DNA of 64,000 nucleotides from Alkalispirochaeta sp. (GTDB lineage: Bacteria > Spirochaetota > Spirochaetia > DSM-27196 > Alkalispirochaetaceae). Below, in pieces: positions 39,118-49,702 of the stretch (positions within the stretch are counted from its first letter, which is position 1; each line of letters opens with the position of its first letter). The notes under the pieces are model-generated. The model did not search any database, had not been told where the DNA came from, and saw only the letters and a list, made by a program, of their open reading frames with translations. The position numbers and the translations under genes were made by a program. The DNA lies in the NCBI GenBank assembly GCA_965601925.1, contig OZ271854.1, positions 4,064,001-4,128,000 on the forward strand, read 5' to 3'.

Positions 39118-40857
39118 CTATGACTTCTTGCGTTTGCCTTTTCGTCCGCCGGAGCGGTCGTTTGGTCGTCGCTTCTTTCCATAGTGCTTCTTTGGGGCTC
39201 CATGCTTCCCGAACCCCGGTTGCGTGTCCTGGACACGCTCCACCTGAATCTTCGTTCCCTGGTAGCTGTAGCCGGAGAGGGCCTGTTCAACGCGGACTGC
39301 CATGGCGGCGTCAACCTGGACATCGGTTGAGTGTGCGTTGATGTCGATCCGGCCGAGCCGGATGTCCCCGGAGTCGGTCGCGCGGTTGATGATACCGATT
39401 ATCTGCGGCGGCAGCGCGGCCTGACGGCGTCCAACGTTGAGGCGGAGCCGTACCATGCCGGCGCTCGATGCACGAGAGGACCGGCCCTGCGCCGCGGAGC
39501 GCTGTTGCCCGCCGGACCGACGCTGATGCGGCGCGGGATTGAGATCGGGCGCATCGCCATACTCTTCGAGGAAGCGATTGAACTCCACCGAAACAAATCG
39601 CTGCAACAGCTCCTCGCGGTCAAGGGCGGAGAGCGACTCCTGGATCGCCTGGAGATACGGGCCGACGGCATCCCGATCTACCTCGACTGTTGTCACGCGC
39701 GAGAGGAACTCCAACAGGCGAGCCTCACAGATGTCGCGTCCCCGGGGAATCTTCGCTTCCTCGAGCTTGCGACCGATCGCGCGCTCGATGTGAGGAATCC
39801 GGTGTCCTTCGCGCATGTGCACGAGCGCAAGTGACGCGCCGGTTTTCCCTGCTCGCCCGGTTCGACCGCTTCGGTGGGTGTAGGCTGAGATTTCGTCCGG
39901 CAGATCGTAGTGGATCACGTGTGAGAGGTTATCCACGTCCAGTCCGCGAGCGGCGACATCTGTTGCAACAAGGAGCGACGGGTTGCCGGCCCGAAACCGC
40001 CCCATGACGGAGTCCCGATGCGCCTGCGAGAGTTCGCCGTGAAGCGCATCAGCGGCGTACCCGTCCCTTGCCAACCGAGCCGCCACGTCTTTCGCCGCTT
40101 GTCGCGTACGGCAGAAGATGATTGCGTACATGCCGGAGCTCACGTCGACGAGTCGCCGGAGCGCCGCATACTTGTCGTGGGCATGAACCCGGTAATAGTA
40201 GTGAGAGACCGTGCCGGTACCCCGATTCCGTGTGCCGGCGACGATCTCGTGGGGACGATCCATGTAGGTCGAGGCAATCATGGCTATCTCCGGTTGCATC
40301 GTGGCGGAGAAGAGTAGCGTTCGCCGTTCGGGACTCGCCATTGCGAGAATCGCGTCCAGCTCATCCTTGAAGCCCATGTCGAGCATTTGATCGGCCTCAT
40401 CCAGCACCAGGTATCTGAGGCCCGAAAGGTCTGCGATGCCCTTGTCCAGGAGATCCTTCAGGCGACCCGGCGTGGCGGTGACTACGTGCGCTCCTGCTTT
40501 CAGATCGCGTATCTGGGGCCCGAACGGCGCGCCGCCGTAGACCGCCGTTGTTCGCAAACCCTTCAAATTACGTCCGTAGTCGGCGATCTCCCGGGCAACC
40601 TGGAGGCCAAGTTCTCGTGTCGGCGTGAGAATGAGCGCCTGAGTCGCTCGCGAATGGAGGTCGAGCTTCTGGAGGATCGGCAGTCCGAACGCGGCAGTTT
40701 TCCCGGTTCCGGTTTGAGCGAGTCCCGTCACATCCCGGTCCTCAGCAAGGAGAAATGGAATCATCTCTGCCTGAATCGGGGTGGGCGTAACGAATCCGCG
40801 CTCGACGATTGCATTGAGTAGTTCGGGTATGAGCCCCAGGTTGTCGAACGTTGTCAC
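39118..40857 (-). CDS. deaD: DEAD-box RNA helicase with DbpA-type C-terminal domain (DeaD/CsdA-like)
   Basis: Q motif, AQTGTGKT, PTREL, DEAD, SAT, HRSGRTGRAG; start set at GTG 40857. Confidence 0.9.
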   Translation of the reverse strand: MTTFDNLGLIPELLNAIVERGFVTPTPIQAEMIPFLLAEDRDVTGLAQTGTGKTAAFGLPILQKLDLHSRATQALILTPTRELGLQVAREIADYGRNLKGLRTTAVYGGAPFGPQIRDLKAGAHVVTATPGRLKDLLDKGIADLSGLRYLVLDEADQMLDMGFKDELDAILAMASPERRTLLFSATMQPEIAMIASTYMDRPHEIVAGTRNRGTGTVSHYYYRVHAHDKYAALRRLVDVSSGMYAIIFCRTRQAAKDVAARLARDGYAADALHGELSQAHRDSVMGRFRAGNPSLLVATDVAARGLDVDNLSHVIHYDLPDEISAYTHRSGRTGRAGKTGASLALVHMREGHRIPHIERAIGRKLEEAKIPRGRDICEARLLEFLSRVTTVEVDRDAVGPYLQAIQESLSALDREELLQRFVSVEFNRFLEEYGDAPDLNPAPHQRRSGGQQRSAAQGRSSRASSAGMVRLRLNVGRRQAALPPQIIGIINRATDSGDIRLGRIDINAHSTDVQVDAAMAVRVEQALSGYSYQGTKIQVERVQDTQPGFGKHGAPKKHYGKKRRPNDRSGGRKGKRKKS

Positions 40858-40975
40858 GATATATCCTTGCGCCGACGGATTCGGGTGCATCATACGAGCC
40901 AACCGTTACGAAGTCAAACCGAGTAGCACTTCACATTCGCCCCGCTCGGTTTAAAAACGAAAGGGATGGAACTAC

Positions 40976-41531
40976 GTGAGCAAATAACGCCTTTAACGTT
41001 CAGACTCTGATTCCTAATGGCGACCCCGACGGTTTACGAATCGTACACAATACCAACTGGACCGGCGTCGCGGTACAGTTTCCACGGGCCGGGTTTACCG
41101 AATTTGGCGATCGCATCCCGAGCGACGGCAAGCCGAACGAAGGACAACGCGTCCGCGTCTATCTGATTTGGGGGCCCGCCGAGGACGGTGGCCTTCCACT
41201 TTTGTACGTGGGAGAAAGTCACCGTACCTTACCACGGCTACGCAGCCACCATGCAGAGAAAGACTTTTGGACGCGCGCGATCGCTTGTTGCACGATGCCG
41301 CTACCGGTGGAGGCGGAGGTCCCACAGGCGAGCCAGAGTAACCCCGTGCTGGGACTACTCCTCAGTCTGGAGACGCCGACGATGATCGAGGCCCTTGTCG
41401 TCGCCGAGGCCGCGGACCGGGTCGGCTACGGAAGTCCGTCCCAGTTCAGCCGCGAGTTCAACCGCCTGTATGGAATGCCCCCGCGGCAATGGGCGACCGC
41501 CGCGATCCCGGCGGGGGTTCCCGGGAGATAG
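40976..41531 (+). pseudogene. Chimeric relic: GIY-YIG nuclease fragment fused to internally deleted AraC regulator
   Basis: NGDPDGLRI...NWTG...VYLI...LYVGES...RLRSH..KDFW, then PLPVEAEV..AS..NPVLGL, then RVGYGSPSQFSREFNRLYG. Confidence 0.7.
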
Positions 41532-41625
41532 TGAAGCGTCGGCGTGAGTTTGTGTACGGGTTCTGCGCATACGGGGAGAATGGGCGCTAAGACTATCGTT
41601 CGTTGCGGCCGGGTGGAATGTCCGG

Positions 41626-42207
41626 CTAACGGCGCCCGGACATGCGGGCTGCGGCGATGTATTCTTCCACCGCCCGTTGTGCGGCAGCTGCATTGATCGT
41701 CTCCCAGTCGGAGAATTCATCTCCGTATGCGTTGATCTGCGTTACCAGAATCGGCTCATTCATATTGGTGGGAAAGAACGTGAACTCAAACATCGCATGA
41801 CCTTCCGTGCCGGAATACACATTGCCGTCGATCGAGTAGATATTCGTAACGGCGTTACTGTCCTCAAGATTGGCATAGACAATCATTTCAATGCCCAGCC
41901 TCGTTATGGTATCCCAATGTTCTTCGGCGGTGTACTCGCGCAAAGGCGGAAAGATGTCCATCCAAGAATATCCACGTATTCCATACGTCCTCATCTCATC
42001 AGTGACGGCGTGCTCGAGTGCCTGAGCCATACGATTGTCCGCGAGATTAGACCAGACAGCTACCGGATTATAACTGGCCGTGAGATGGGAGTAATCGTCG
42101 GTTACTACGGTGAAAGCGTCGGTAGTAGTACAACCGGTTATGACGGCGGTAAGGATCAGACCAGCAACCGCAACGCCAATCACTGAGGTGCCTTTAGATC
42201 GGATCAT
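41626..42207 (-). CDS. Hypothetical lipoprotein
   Basis: ITGC lipobox; GAGG-poor start, uncertain. Confidence 0.7.
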   Translation of the reverse strand: MIRSKGTSVIGVAVAGLILTAVITGCTTTDAFTVVTDDYSHLTASYNPVAVWSNLADNRMAQALEHAVTDEMRTYGIRGYSWMDIFPPLREYTAEEHWDTITRLGIEMIVYANLEDSNAVTNIYSIDGNVYSGTEGHAMFEFTFFPTNMNEPILVTQINAYGDEFSDWETINAAAAQRAVEEYIAAARMSGRR

Positions 42208-42401
42208 ACATTCACAATAGCCCAATGAACGGAATGACACAATTTCGATTACCTGTCCGTCGGAGTATGTCCGTGGCGAAGCTCCCTACTCCGTACTCAC
42301 TTGATGTGAAAGGTCGATCTTAATTGATTACATCCCGTCTAACATTTCTTACTCACGCGCGCCATGTCCATAAACACGCACCCGTGTGTTACAATTTTTG
42401 A

Positions 42402-43508
42402 ATGACCTACTACCTCAACCTCTTTTCTCCCGAAACAGCAAAGGCTTTTGCCGAGTACGGCGGAACCGTCTCCGGCTTCAGTGCAAGTCAGAGGTCCGCC
42501 GCGACCAAGGTAAAGCGAGGAGATAGGTTTATATGCTACGTCACACGAATCTCCCGGTGGATCGGGGTGCTGGAAGTTGAAGATGGGCCCTTTGAGGACG
42601 ACACGCCGCTCTTTAGAACTACTCACGATCCTTTCGTAATCAGGTTCCGTGTTCGACAGCTTGCGTGGTTCGACTTCTCTCACGCGATCCCTATCCACGA
42701 GGATAGCGTGTGGAAGCAACTGTCATTCACCAAGGACCATCTGAAGACTACCAGTTCCTGGACCGGCAAGATCAGAAGCAGCTTAACGGCTCTGACGGAC
42801 TCCGATGGCTCGTTCCTGGAGTGCGTTCTTATTGCGCAGCATAAAGACGAGACGGTCTATCCGCTGAGCGACGCGGACCACCGTAAGATCAAAAAGCACG
42901 TAGTTAAGACCCACGCCAACCAAGAGGTCGAGGTCACCGTACCGGAAGACGAGTCGCGTACCGACACTACGACGCAGGATGACAATACAATCAGGCAGTC
43001 TTTTATCGTACAAGCCCGGTTGTCCGAAATCGGATCGGCGATGGGATATCGCATTTGGATTCCGGCATCGGACAAATCCCGCGTGTTGTCTGCGTTGTCA
43101 TCTCCCTTGGATGACGAACCGCTGAACCAACTGCCCCTCAATTACGACACCACGACGCTCTCAACGATTGAGAACATCGACGTTATCTGGATACGAGGAC
43201 GATCGATCATCCGCGTCTTTGAAGTGGAACACACCACGTCGATATATTCCGGCATATTACGCATGGCCGATCTTATCGCACTCCAACCGAACATCGATAT
43301 CAAGGCGCACATCGTGGCGCCGATTGAACGGCAGGAGAAGGTCTTTGAGGAGCTCAAACGACCGGTCTTCTCGCTCCTGGAAAAGGGCCCGTTGGCCACC
43401 TACTGCTCGTATATCTCATACGACGCGGTGGACGCGCTGCTAAAGGAGCGGTTTATCAGCCATATGACGGACTCGGTGTTGGAAGAGATCGCGGAGTACG
43501 CGGAGTAG
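42402..43508 (+). CDS. EVE-domain PD-(D/E)xK-type endonuclease, putative modification-dependent restriction enzyme
   Basis: EVE: VKRGDRFICYVTRISRWIGVLEV; C-terminal IDVIW...FEVEHTTSIYSGILRM. Confidence 0.8.
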   Translation: MTYYLNLFSPETAKAFAEYGGTVSGFSASQRSAATKVKRGDRFICYVTRISRWIGVLEVEDGPFEDDTPLFRTTHDPFVIRFRVRQLAWFDFSHAIPIHEDSVWKQLSFTKDHLKTTSSWTGKIRSSLTALTDSDGSFLECVLIAQHKDETVYPLSDADHRKIKKHVVKTHANQEVEVTVPEDESRTDTTTQDDNTIRQSFIVQARLSEIGSAMGYRIWIPASDKSRVLSALSSPLDDEPLNQLPLNYDTTTLSTIENIDVIWIRGRSIIRVFEVEHTTSIYSGILRMADLIALQPNIDIKAHIVAPIERQEKVFEELKRPVFSLLEKGPLATYCSYISYDAVDALLKERFISHMTDSVLEEIAEYAE

Positions 43509-43521
43509 AACGTCGAGTCAC

Positions 43522-46500
43522 TTAGGTCGCTTGCCGATCCAGACTGGAGTGGATGTTTCGTAGCGTCTCGAAGATCCCTTCGACGACCGTCTCTCGTCCG
43601 GCGAAGAGAGCCTCAGGCCCGCCGGAGTGCAGGTCGATAAAGGGCGCCTCGTAGAGGGCGGACGCCTTCATGACGCCCCGCGCCGTAAGCTGGTCGATCA
43701 CCATCTCGACAAAGCGAATCTGCGGCGCCGTGAGACTACGGTCCGCCAGAAACTCCGCGAAGGCCTCCCGAGCCGCGGAGCCGTCCATTCCCACCAAGCT
43801 ACGCACAAAGTAGGCCACCGACGGCGATCCGCTGCGGGACAACAGACCGGAAAGGAGACTCTCTCCCTGTCCGTCGCCGATCTCCACAAGGGTGTGCTCA
43901 AGCCCTTCGAGGTCCGTGGCTGTCAACGGCTGATTCGTGCGCAGGCGATGAATGACGATATGGTCCAGGTGGTTCCGTAGGTAGTCGGCAACCTTCTTTT
44001 CGTACTGCTCGCCGGTCATCGATGGAACAAGGACGTTTTCGACCTCACGGACGCCCATAAGCTCATCCTGGAAGTCGGTGTACACGCCTTTGCGTCGCTC
44101 TGTGTCGAAAAGTATGGCGAGCTTCCGTACACGCTGTCGAAGGTCTTCAAGTGCTCCTAACCCGACTCCGTGCCAGAACGCGTCGTCGCGGATCGCTGAG
44201 AGGTACTCACGGTTGGCCGCTACAACAGGCACCCTACTGCGGCGCTGCACAAGAAACGTCGCGATCTCCACAACACGGTTCCGGGAGCGTTCAAAGGAAC
44301 CGACGTCGCCCTCGACGTGAGCGACCTGCATACGCAGTATGACGAGGTCGAAGAGCCGCGTCTCGATCGCGTCGGAGGGAGCGCGGGAGGGCAGCCCGGC
44401 GACCTCGTGCTTTAGGGTGTGGCGGTCGCTGGAGCTCAGATCGCTCCATACGGCACGATCTCGATACTGCTCGACGGCGCGGTAGTGCATACGCACGATA
44501 AAATTATCGCGGCTCATGGCCGCTACTTCGCTGTGGAGCGTCCCGATCAACGACTCTTTCAGAGTTGAGTCGGCGTCGAGTTCCGGGTGGGCGGCGATAA
44601 GCCCCAACAGGTCGATCCGGGTGCGAAAGAGCCGCGTACCGAGGGGTACGGTCTCGCCCCCGTCAATGCCGTCCGGTTTCTCGCCGAAGAAATCGAAGTT
44701 GAAGCAGAAGTCGAAGATGCGGAAGTCGTGCTTGTCGTCGCCGGGACCGAAGAGGTCGGGGCACAGACGCGTTCCCCTGCCGATCATCTGCCAGAACCTG
44801 ATTTTGGAGTAGACCGGCTTAAAGAAGACGAGGTTTGCCACCTCCGGCACGTCGATGCCGGTGTCGAGCATGTCCACGGAGACGGCGATGTGTGGCGCGC
44901 GATCTTTATGGCTGAATTTGTCGATAAGGTCCTGGGCTTGTCGATCGTACGTGTCGACTACCTCGGCGAAGTGGCCGTTGTACTGCGGATAGTGGTGGTC
45001 AAAGCGCTCCCGAACAAACCTGGCGTGTTCGTGGTTGCGGGCGAAGATGATCGTCTTGGCGAGGCGATCGCCGCCGTCCACGGTATGACCACGCTCCATA
45101 AGGTGCCGCAACGCCGTATCCACGGTGTCACTGTTAAAGAGCCACGTGTTGATCGCCTTCGCGTTCACCTTCTTGGGTGGTGCGCCCTCATCGCCGGCGT
45201 CTCCCCAGTCGAGACCCTCCCACCGTTCCTTTTCAGCATCGCTCAGCCCATCATACTTGATGCCGTGCTTAGGAAACGTGAGATCGATCTGCTCCGCCTG
45301 AAAGGGAACGAGGAATCCGTCCTCCACAGCCTTGGACAGCTCGTAGGCGTCGGTGGGCACGCCGTCCTCCAGGTCGAAGAGCTCGTAGGTGTTACGATCG
45401 ACCTGCTCGCGCGGTGTGGCGGTGAGCCCCACAAGGAGGGAGTCAAAGTAGCGAAAGATGGCGCCGTACTTTTGGTAGACCGAACGGTGCGCCTCGTCGA
45501 TGATGACGATATCGAAGTGCCCCACGCCGAAACGCTCTTCTCCGCCGTCGGTCGTGTCGATGAGGCCCATCATAGTCGGATATGTCGAGACGTATACGCG
45601 CCCGTCGGCGTTCCGCTCGGTGACGAGGTTGACCGGGCTCGACTCCGGGAGGTGGGTCTTGAAGGCGCGCACCGCTTGGTCCACCAACGAGACCCGGTCG
45701 GCGAGAAAGAGGGCGCGCTTGACCCACCCGGCACGCTGCAGCAGATCGACCAGGGCGACGGCCACGCGCGTCTTTCCCGACCCGGTCGCCATGACCAACA
45801 GCGCCTTGCGCCGGGACTGGGCAAAGTGTGCCGCAATACTCCCGATTGCACGCCTCTGGTAGTAGCGCCCGGCGATCTCACCTTTGATGTCCGCTACGTC
45901 TAAGCTCTTGCGCTCGGTGCGCCGGAGGATAAGGCGCGCGAGCTCATCCTTCTTGTAGAACCCGGCGACGAGGCGGGGCGGATAGCTCAAGTCGTCCCAG
46001 AGGTACGTCTCGTACCCGTTAGTGGTAAAGATAACGGGGCGTCGGCCGTGCATCTCCTCCAGGCAATCAGCATAGAGCGTGGCCTGTCGGCGTCCGCGGT
46101 CGGCGTCGACGGTAGATCGCTTCGCCTCCACCACCGCCAATGGCCTACCGTCGTCGCCCCACAGTACGTAGTCCGCCCGGCCTGTGCCCGATTTGGTGGG
46201 CATCCCCGCCACCTCGTACTCCCGGTCGTGTCGTCCGTCCAGGGGCCACCCGGCGCGACGCAAGTCCACATCGATGAGGTAGCGGCGCGTCTCGGCCTCG
46301 GAGTAGTCGTGGGTATCCGGGACGGCGGACTGGGCGGCGCGCACCTCGGCGTACTGCGTCCTAAGGGCCGCAAGCTCCGCATCCCGAGCGTCCAGTTCTC
46401 GTTGTCGCTTGCGAGCGAGTTCGCTCTGTTCGGCAAGGCGCTTCGTCAGAGCCTCCAGCTCGGCGCGCGACGCTGCCGCCTCCCCTTCGCGGCGCGGGAC

Positions 46501-46914
46501 GCGTTCGTCGCGCCACGCCGCACCGTCCCGCGGTGAGTCGTGGCTATAGGTGCGGACGAGCCAGTAACAGAGGTGGTGCAGCTCTTTCACCGCCTGCAGC
46601 GCGTCGTCGCGGCGAACGGGGCTGCGGCTGTGTACGGCGATGTTCCCCTGCCGTTGCACGGCCCGCGCCTTGTGAAAGAGCGCCTCGGGCAGGAGATTTT
46701 GGAATGTCGGTTCGTGGAGGAGCGCCCCCAGACTCTGGTCGTAGGGAGCGGAGAGCGCGGGGTCGTGGCGGTAGAGCCAATGGACCAGCGCCTCCAAAGC
46801 AAAGCGAGCGTGAAAGCACGAGGAGCGCGGATCGCCCTCGATATACCCCTCCGCCCGTATTGACGCCTCCGCAAGGTCGCGGAAGGCCGAGGGCAGAAAG
46901 GCAAAGTTGCTCAT
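43522..46914 (-). CDS. hsdR: Type I restriction enzyme R subunit (EcoAI/EcoEI-like)
   Basis: ADYVL...EAKR nuclease, ATGSGKT, DEAH, QMIGRGTR. Confidence 0.95.
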   Translation of the reverse strand: MSNFAFLPSAFRDLAEASIRAEGYIEGDPRSSCFHARFALEALVHWLYRHDPALSAPYDQSLGALLHEPTFQNLLPEALFHKARAVQRQGNIAVHSRSPVRRDDALQAVKELHHLCYWLVRTYSHDSPRDGAAWRDERVPRREGEAAASRAELEALTKRLAEQSELARKRQRELDARDAELAALRTQYAEVRAAQSAVPDTHDYSEAETRRYLIDVDLRRAGWPLDGRHDREYEVAGMPTKSGTGRADYVLWGDDGRPLAVVEAKRSTVDADRGRRQATLYADCLEEMHGRRPVIFTTNGYETYLWDDLSYPPRLVAGFYKKDELARLILRRTERKSLDVADIKGEIAGRYYQRRAIGSIAAHFAQSRRKALLVMATGSGKTRVAVALVDLLQRAGWVKRALFLADRVSLVDQAVRAFKTHLPESSPVNLVTERNADGRVYVSTYPTMMGLIDTTDGGEERFGVGHFDIVIIDEAHRSVYQKYGAIFRYFDSLLVGLTATPREQVDRNTYELFDLEDGVPTDAYELSKAVEDGFLVPFQAEQIDLTFPKHGIKYDGLSDAEKERWEGLDWGDAGDEGAPPKKVNAKAINTWLFNSDTVDTALRHLMERGHTVDGGDRLAKTIIFARNHEHARFVRERFDHHYPQYNGHFAEVVDTYDRQAQDLIDKFSHKDRAPHIAVSVDMLDTGIDVPEVANLVFFKPVYSKIRFWQMIGRGTRLCPDLFGPGDDKHDFRIFDFCFNFDFFGEKPDGIDGGETVPLGTRLFRTRIDLLGLIAAHPELDADSTLKESLIGTLHSEVAAMSRDNFIVRMHYRAVEQYRDRAVWSDLSSSDRHTLKHEVAGLPSRAPSDAIETRLFDLVILRMQVAHVEGDVGSFERSRNRVVEIATFLVQRRSRVPVVAANREYLSAIRDDAFWHGVGLGALEDLRQRVRKLAILFDTERRKGVYTDFQDELMGVREVENVLVPSMTGEQYEKKVADYLRNHLDHIVIHRLRTNQPLTATDLEGLEHTLVEIGDGQGESLLSGLLSRSGSPSVAYFVRSLVGMDGSAAREAFAEFLADRSLTAPQIRFVEMVIDQLTARGVMKASALYEAPFIDLHSGGPEALFAGRETVVEGIFETLRNIHSSLDRQAT

Positions 46915-46916
46915 AC

Positions 46917-48062
46917 CTACAATTCTCCGCGAAACGCCCGGGATTGCAAGGAGGCAAAGAGTGTATCGAGCTCCGCCAGGTGGGCGCGCATGTGGGTCTT
47001 CTGCGCCTCAACGGACTCGACGATGGCGGCAAAGCGGCGTTGAAGCTGTAGGGGTGGAATGGGAACCGGCAATCGTTTGATGATTCCCATATTCAAGCCC
47101 GACATGATTGCACCCTTAGCTTGTCGATTCAAATAGCGTCGGGCCATAGGATGTCTTAAGAAGTATGAGTGAAGAAATGATGGTAGGCATATCTCTTGAT
47201 TGAGAGTAATGCAACAAAGGTGCTTCGTATTGATTGCTACACCGATATCTCTTGGCACTATGGCACAGCGTCCGCACGTTCCCATGATTGTTATCAAAAC
47301 GTCTCCCGGGTGTACGGTATATCTTCGAAGTTTCTTGTATTTCTCTTCGGTGATAAAACGCGTTTGGCCGTTTCGGAACTCGTTTGAAACGACGTTATCT
47401 ATACCGATGACCGCAATACCTGCATCCACAAACTCGCTATGAAGGAGTTGGCTCCCAAACGGCCCTGTGCGAACTGCTCCTCTCTCTTGACGAGCTATGT
47501 CTTCCACGGTCCTAAACGCCCACGCTTCGCCTGAAGGATCGCCGAACATATCGAGGAAGACCGCCTGCAGAAACGTATCGATCTGTGCGATCGCCTCCCG
47601 ACGCCTGGCCCGCAGGGCGTCCGCCTGGTCCAGAATCCGCGCGATACGCTTTTGCTCTGCAAGGGGTGGGAGAGGAAGTTGAATTCTACTCGCCCCTGCC
47701 TTGGTAAGTTTTGCTCGGGTAGTGCCCGTCAGATATCTCGTTACATCTCTTTGTTTTAAGGCAAGGCAAAGATAATCGATATCAACTATCGATTTTGGCC
47801 TTAAGACGTGGGCGTGGTTGTTGACCCATGTTTTTCCTCTTATTTTGAATGCGATTCCTCTACCTGGGTCGAAAAAATGACCTCCATCTTCAGCTAATAA
47901 AACGAGAGGCTCATTGAAAATGAAGTTGTCGATAGTACCTTGCTTACCGTTAGCGCCATAGTAAGGGTACGGCCCCGGTCTTCTGTCGCTGGCCTTCACC
48001 GGGCGCCGCTTTGAATCCAAAAAATCGACGATTCTACCAAGCTCAACAGCTTTGTACTTCAC
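46917..48062 (-). CDS. hsdS: Type I R-M specificity subunit
   Basis: Two TRDs with PPLAEQKRIA and PPLQLQRRFA conserved helices. Confidence 0.95.
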   Translation of the reverse strand: MKYKAVELGRIVDFLDSKRRPVKASDRRPGPYPYYGANGKQGTIDNFIFNEPLVLLAEDGGHFFDPGRGIAFKIRGKTWVNNHAHVLRPKSIVDIDYLCLALKQRDVTRYLTGTTRAKLTKAGASRIQLPLPPLAEQKRIARILDQADALRARRREAIAQIDTFLQAVFLDMFGDPSGEAWAFRTVEDIARQERGAVRTGPFGSQLLHSEFVDAGIAVIGIDNVVSNEFRNGQTRFITEEKYKKLRRYTVHPGDVLITIMGTCGRCAIVPRDIGVAINTKHLCCITLNQEICLPSFLHSYFLRHPMARRYLNRQAKGAIMSGLNMGIIKRLPVPIPPLQLQRRFAAIVESVEAQKTHMRAHLAELDTLFASLQSRAFRGEL

Positions 48063-49702
48063 CCCAACATCCCCTCCAACTCAGCTCTCCCCTTCGCGAT
48101 CTCGTCTTCTAACTCCGCGATGCGCTGTAGGATCACCGTCGGTGGGTCGTACTCTACCTCCTCGTACACGACCTCTTTGTAGCGGTTGATCGAGAGGTCG
48201 TAGCCGTTTGCCGCGATCTCCTCTCTGGGCACCAGAAAGCTTTGCTCGGTCCTCGTGCGCTCCGCCTCACCGGGGAGATTCTTCCACCGTGCCAAGATGT
48301 CGGGGATGTCGTTGCTCTCCGGTTTGGGCGCGCGTTTGTCGTCAAGGGAGAGGCCGTCGCCGTGCATGTCGTAAAACCAGACGCTATCGGTGCCGCCGGT
48401 GTTTGTTTTAGTAAAGAGGAGGATCGCCGTCGATACCCCGGCGTAGGGCTTAAAGACGCCGGAAGGCATGGAGACGACGGCGTCGAGCTTGTGCTTCTCC
48501 ACCAAGAGCTCCCGCACCGCCCGATGCGCCTTACTGGAGCCGAAGAGGACGCCGTCGGGGACAATCACCGCCGCACGCCCGCCGGGCTCCAAAAGGCGCA
48601 GAAAGAGGGCGATAAAGAGGAGCTCGGTCTTCTTTGTCTTGACGATCTTTTGCAAGTCCTTGGCGATCGACTCGTAGTCGAGGCTCCCGGCAAAGGGCGG
48701 ATTGGCGAGGATAAGGGAGTACTTGTCCGCGTCGGACTCGTCGACCCGGCCTTCCCCCTCCGGCTCATCGCTCCGGGTCGCGACGGCGGACTCCCCGCTG
48801 GTGGACGCGGCTACGACCTCCGGCGTATCGGCCTGCGACTCGGCGGTCTCTTCGCCGTCCTTGGAGTTCTCACCCTCCGGCGACTCCTTGGCGGGTTCCG
48901 CCAAGGAGTCGCGGTAACGGATGTCGGGGTTCTCTACACCATGAAGCAGCATGTTCATACTCCCGATTCGGAGCATCGTGGCGTCGAAGTCGTAGCCGTG
49001 AAACGTTTCCGTGTTGAATCGGCGTCGTGACTTCTCGTCCCGGAAGATCGTCGCCTTATGGTGCTCCCGCAGGTACTCCGCGGCGGCCACGAGGTACCCG
49101 GCGGTCCCGCACGCCGGGTCGCAAATGACGTCCTCCGGTGCCGGGGACGTCATATCCACCATCATGCGAATAATGTGTCGCGGGGTGCGAAACTGACCGT
49201 TCTGTCCCGCCTTGGCGATCTTGTTCAACATGTACTCGTATAGGTCACCCTTCGTATCGCGATCGTCCATGTCGATGGCGTCGAGTTGATCCACCACGTT
49301 CGAGAGGACTCGGGGCGTGGGTATCATGAAGATCGCGTCCTTCATATGGTGGCTGTAGGCGCTGCCGTTCCGGGCGTTACTCTTCCCCTCTTGGTCGGTC
49401 GCGCCCAGAGTCTTGATAAAGGGAAAGACCTCATCGCGGACCGTCTCGAACATCTTCTCCGGGGCAGTCTCCTTAAAGTGCGACCAGCGTAAGTGTTGTT
49501 GCTTCTCGCCGAAGATCGGCGACTCTATCCGCGCGCTATTCCGCGCCGCCTGGTGCATTCGTACGGTGTGCACTTCGTCCAGCCGCTTAATAAAAAGGAG
49601 GTAGGTCAGCTGCTCGATGACCGAAAGGGGGTTGGATATACCTCCGGACCACATCGTGTCCCACATGCCGTCGACCTTCGTTTTGAGTTCGCCGCTGATC
49701 AT
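48059..49702 (-). CDS. hsdM: Type I R-M m6A methyltransferase subunit
   Basis: GQFRTPR, DPACGTAG, NPPF. Confidence 0.95.
   Translation of the reverse strand: MISGELKTKVDGMWDTMWSGGISNPLSVIEQLTYLLFIKRLDEVHTVRMHQAARNSARIESPIFGEKQQHLRWSHFKETAPEKMFETVRDEVFPFIKTLGATDQEGKSNARNGSAYSHHMKDAIFMIPTPRVLSNVVDQLDAIDMDDRDTKGDLYEYMLNKIAKAGQNGQFRTPRHIIRMMVDMTSPAPEDVICDPACGTAGYLVAAAEYLREHHKATIFRDEKSRRRFNTETFHGYDFDATMLRIGSMNMLLHGVENPDIRYRDSLAEPAKESPEGENSKDGEETAESQADTPEVVAASTSGESAVATRSDEPEGEGRVDESDADKYSLILANPPFAGSLDYESIAKDLQKIVKTKKTELLFIALFLRLLEPGGRAAVIVPDGVLFGSSKAHRAVRELLVEKHKLDAVVSMPSGVFKPYAGVSTAILLFTKTNTGGTDSVWFYDMHGDGLSLDDKRAPKPESNDIPDILARWKNLPGEAERTRTEQSFLVPREEIAANGYDLSINRYKEVVYEEVEYDPPTVILQRIAELEDEIAKGRAELEGMLG

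Noticed and set aside
42337..42394. Integron attC site (GTCTAAC...GTTAC), also GTTAGGC at 55347
   Set aside because: No matching inverse core or pairing, not repeated between genes, no integrase
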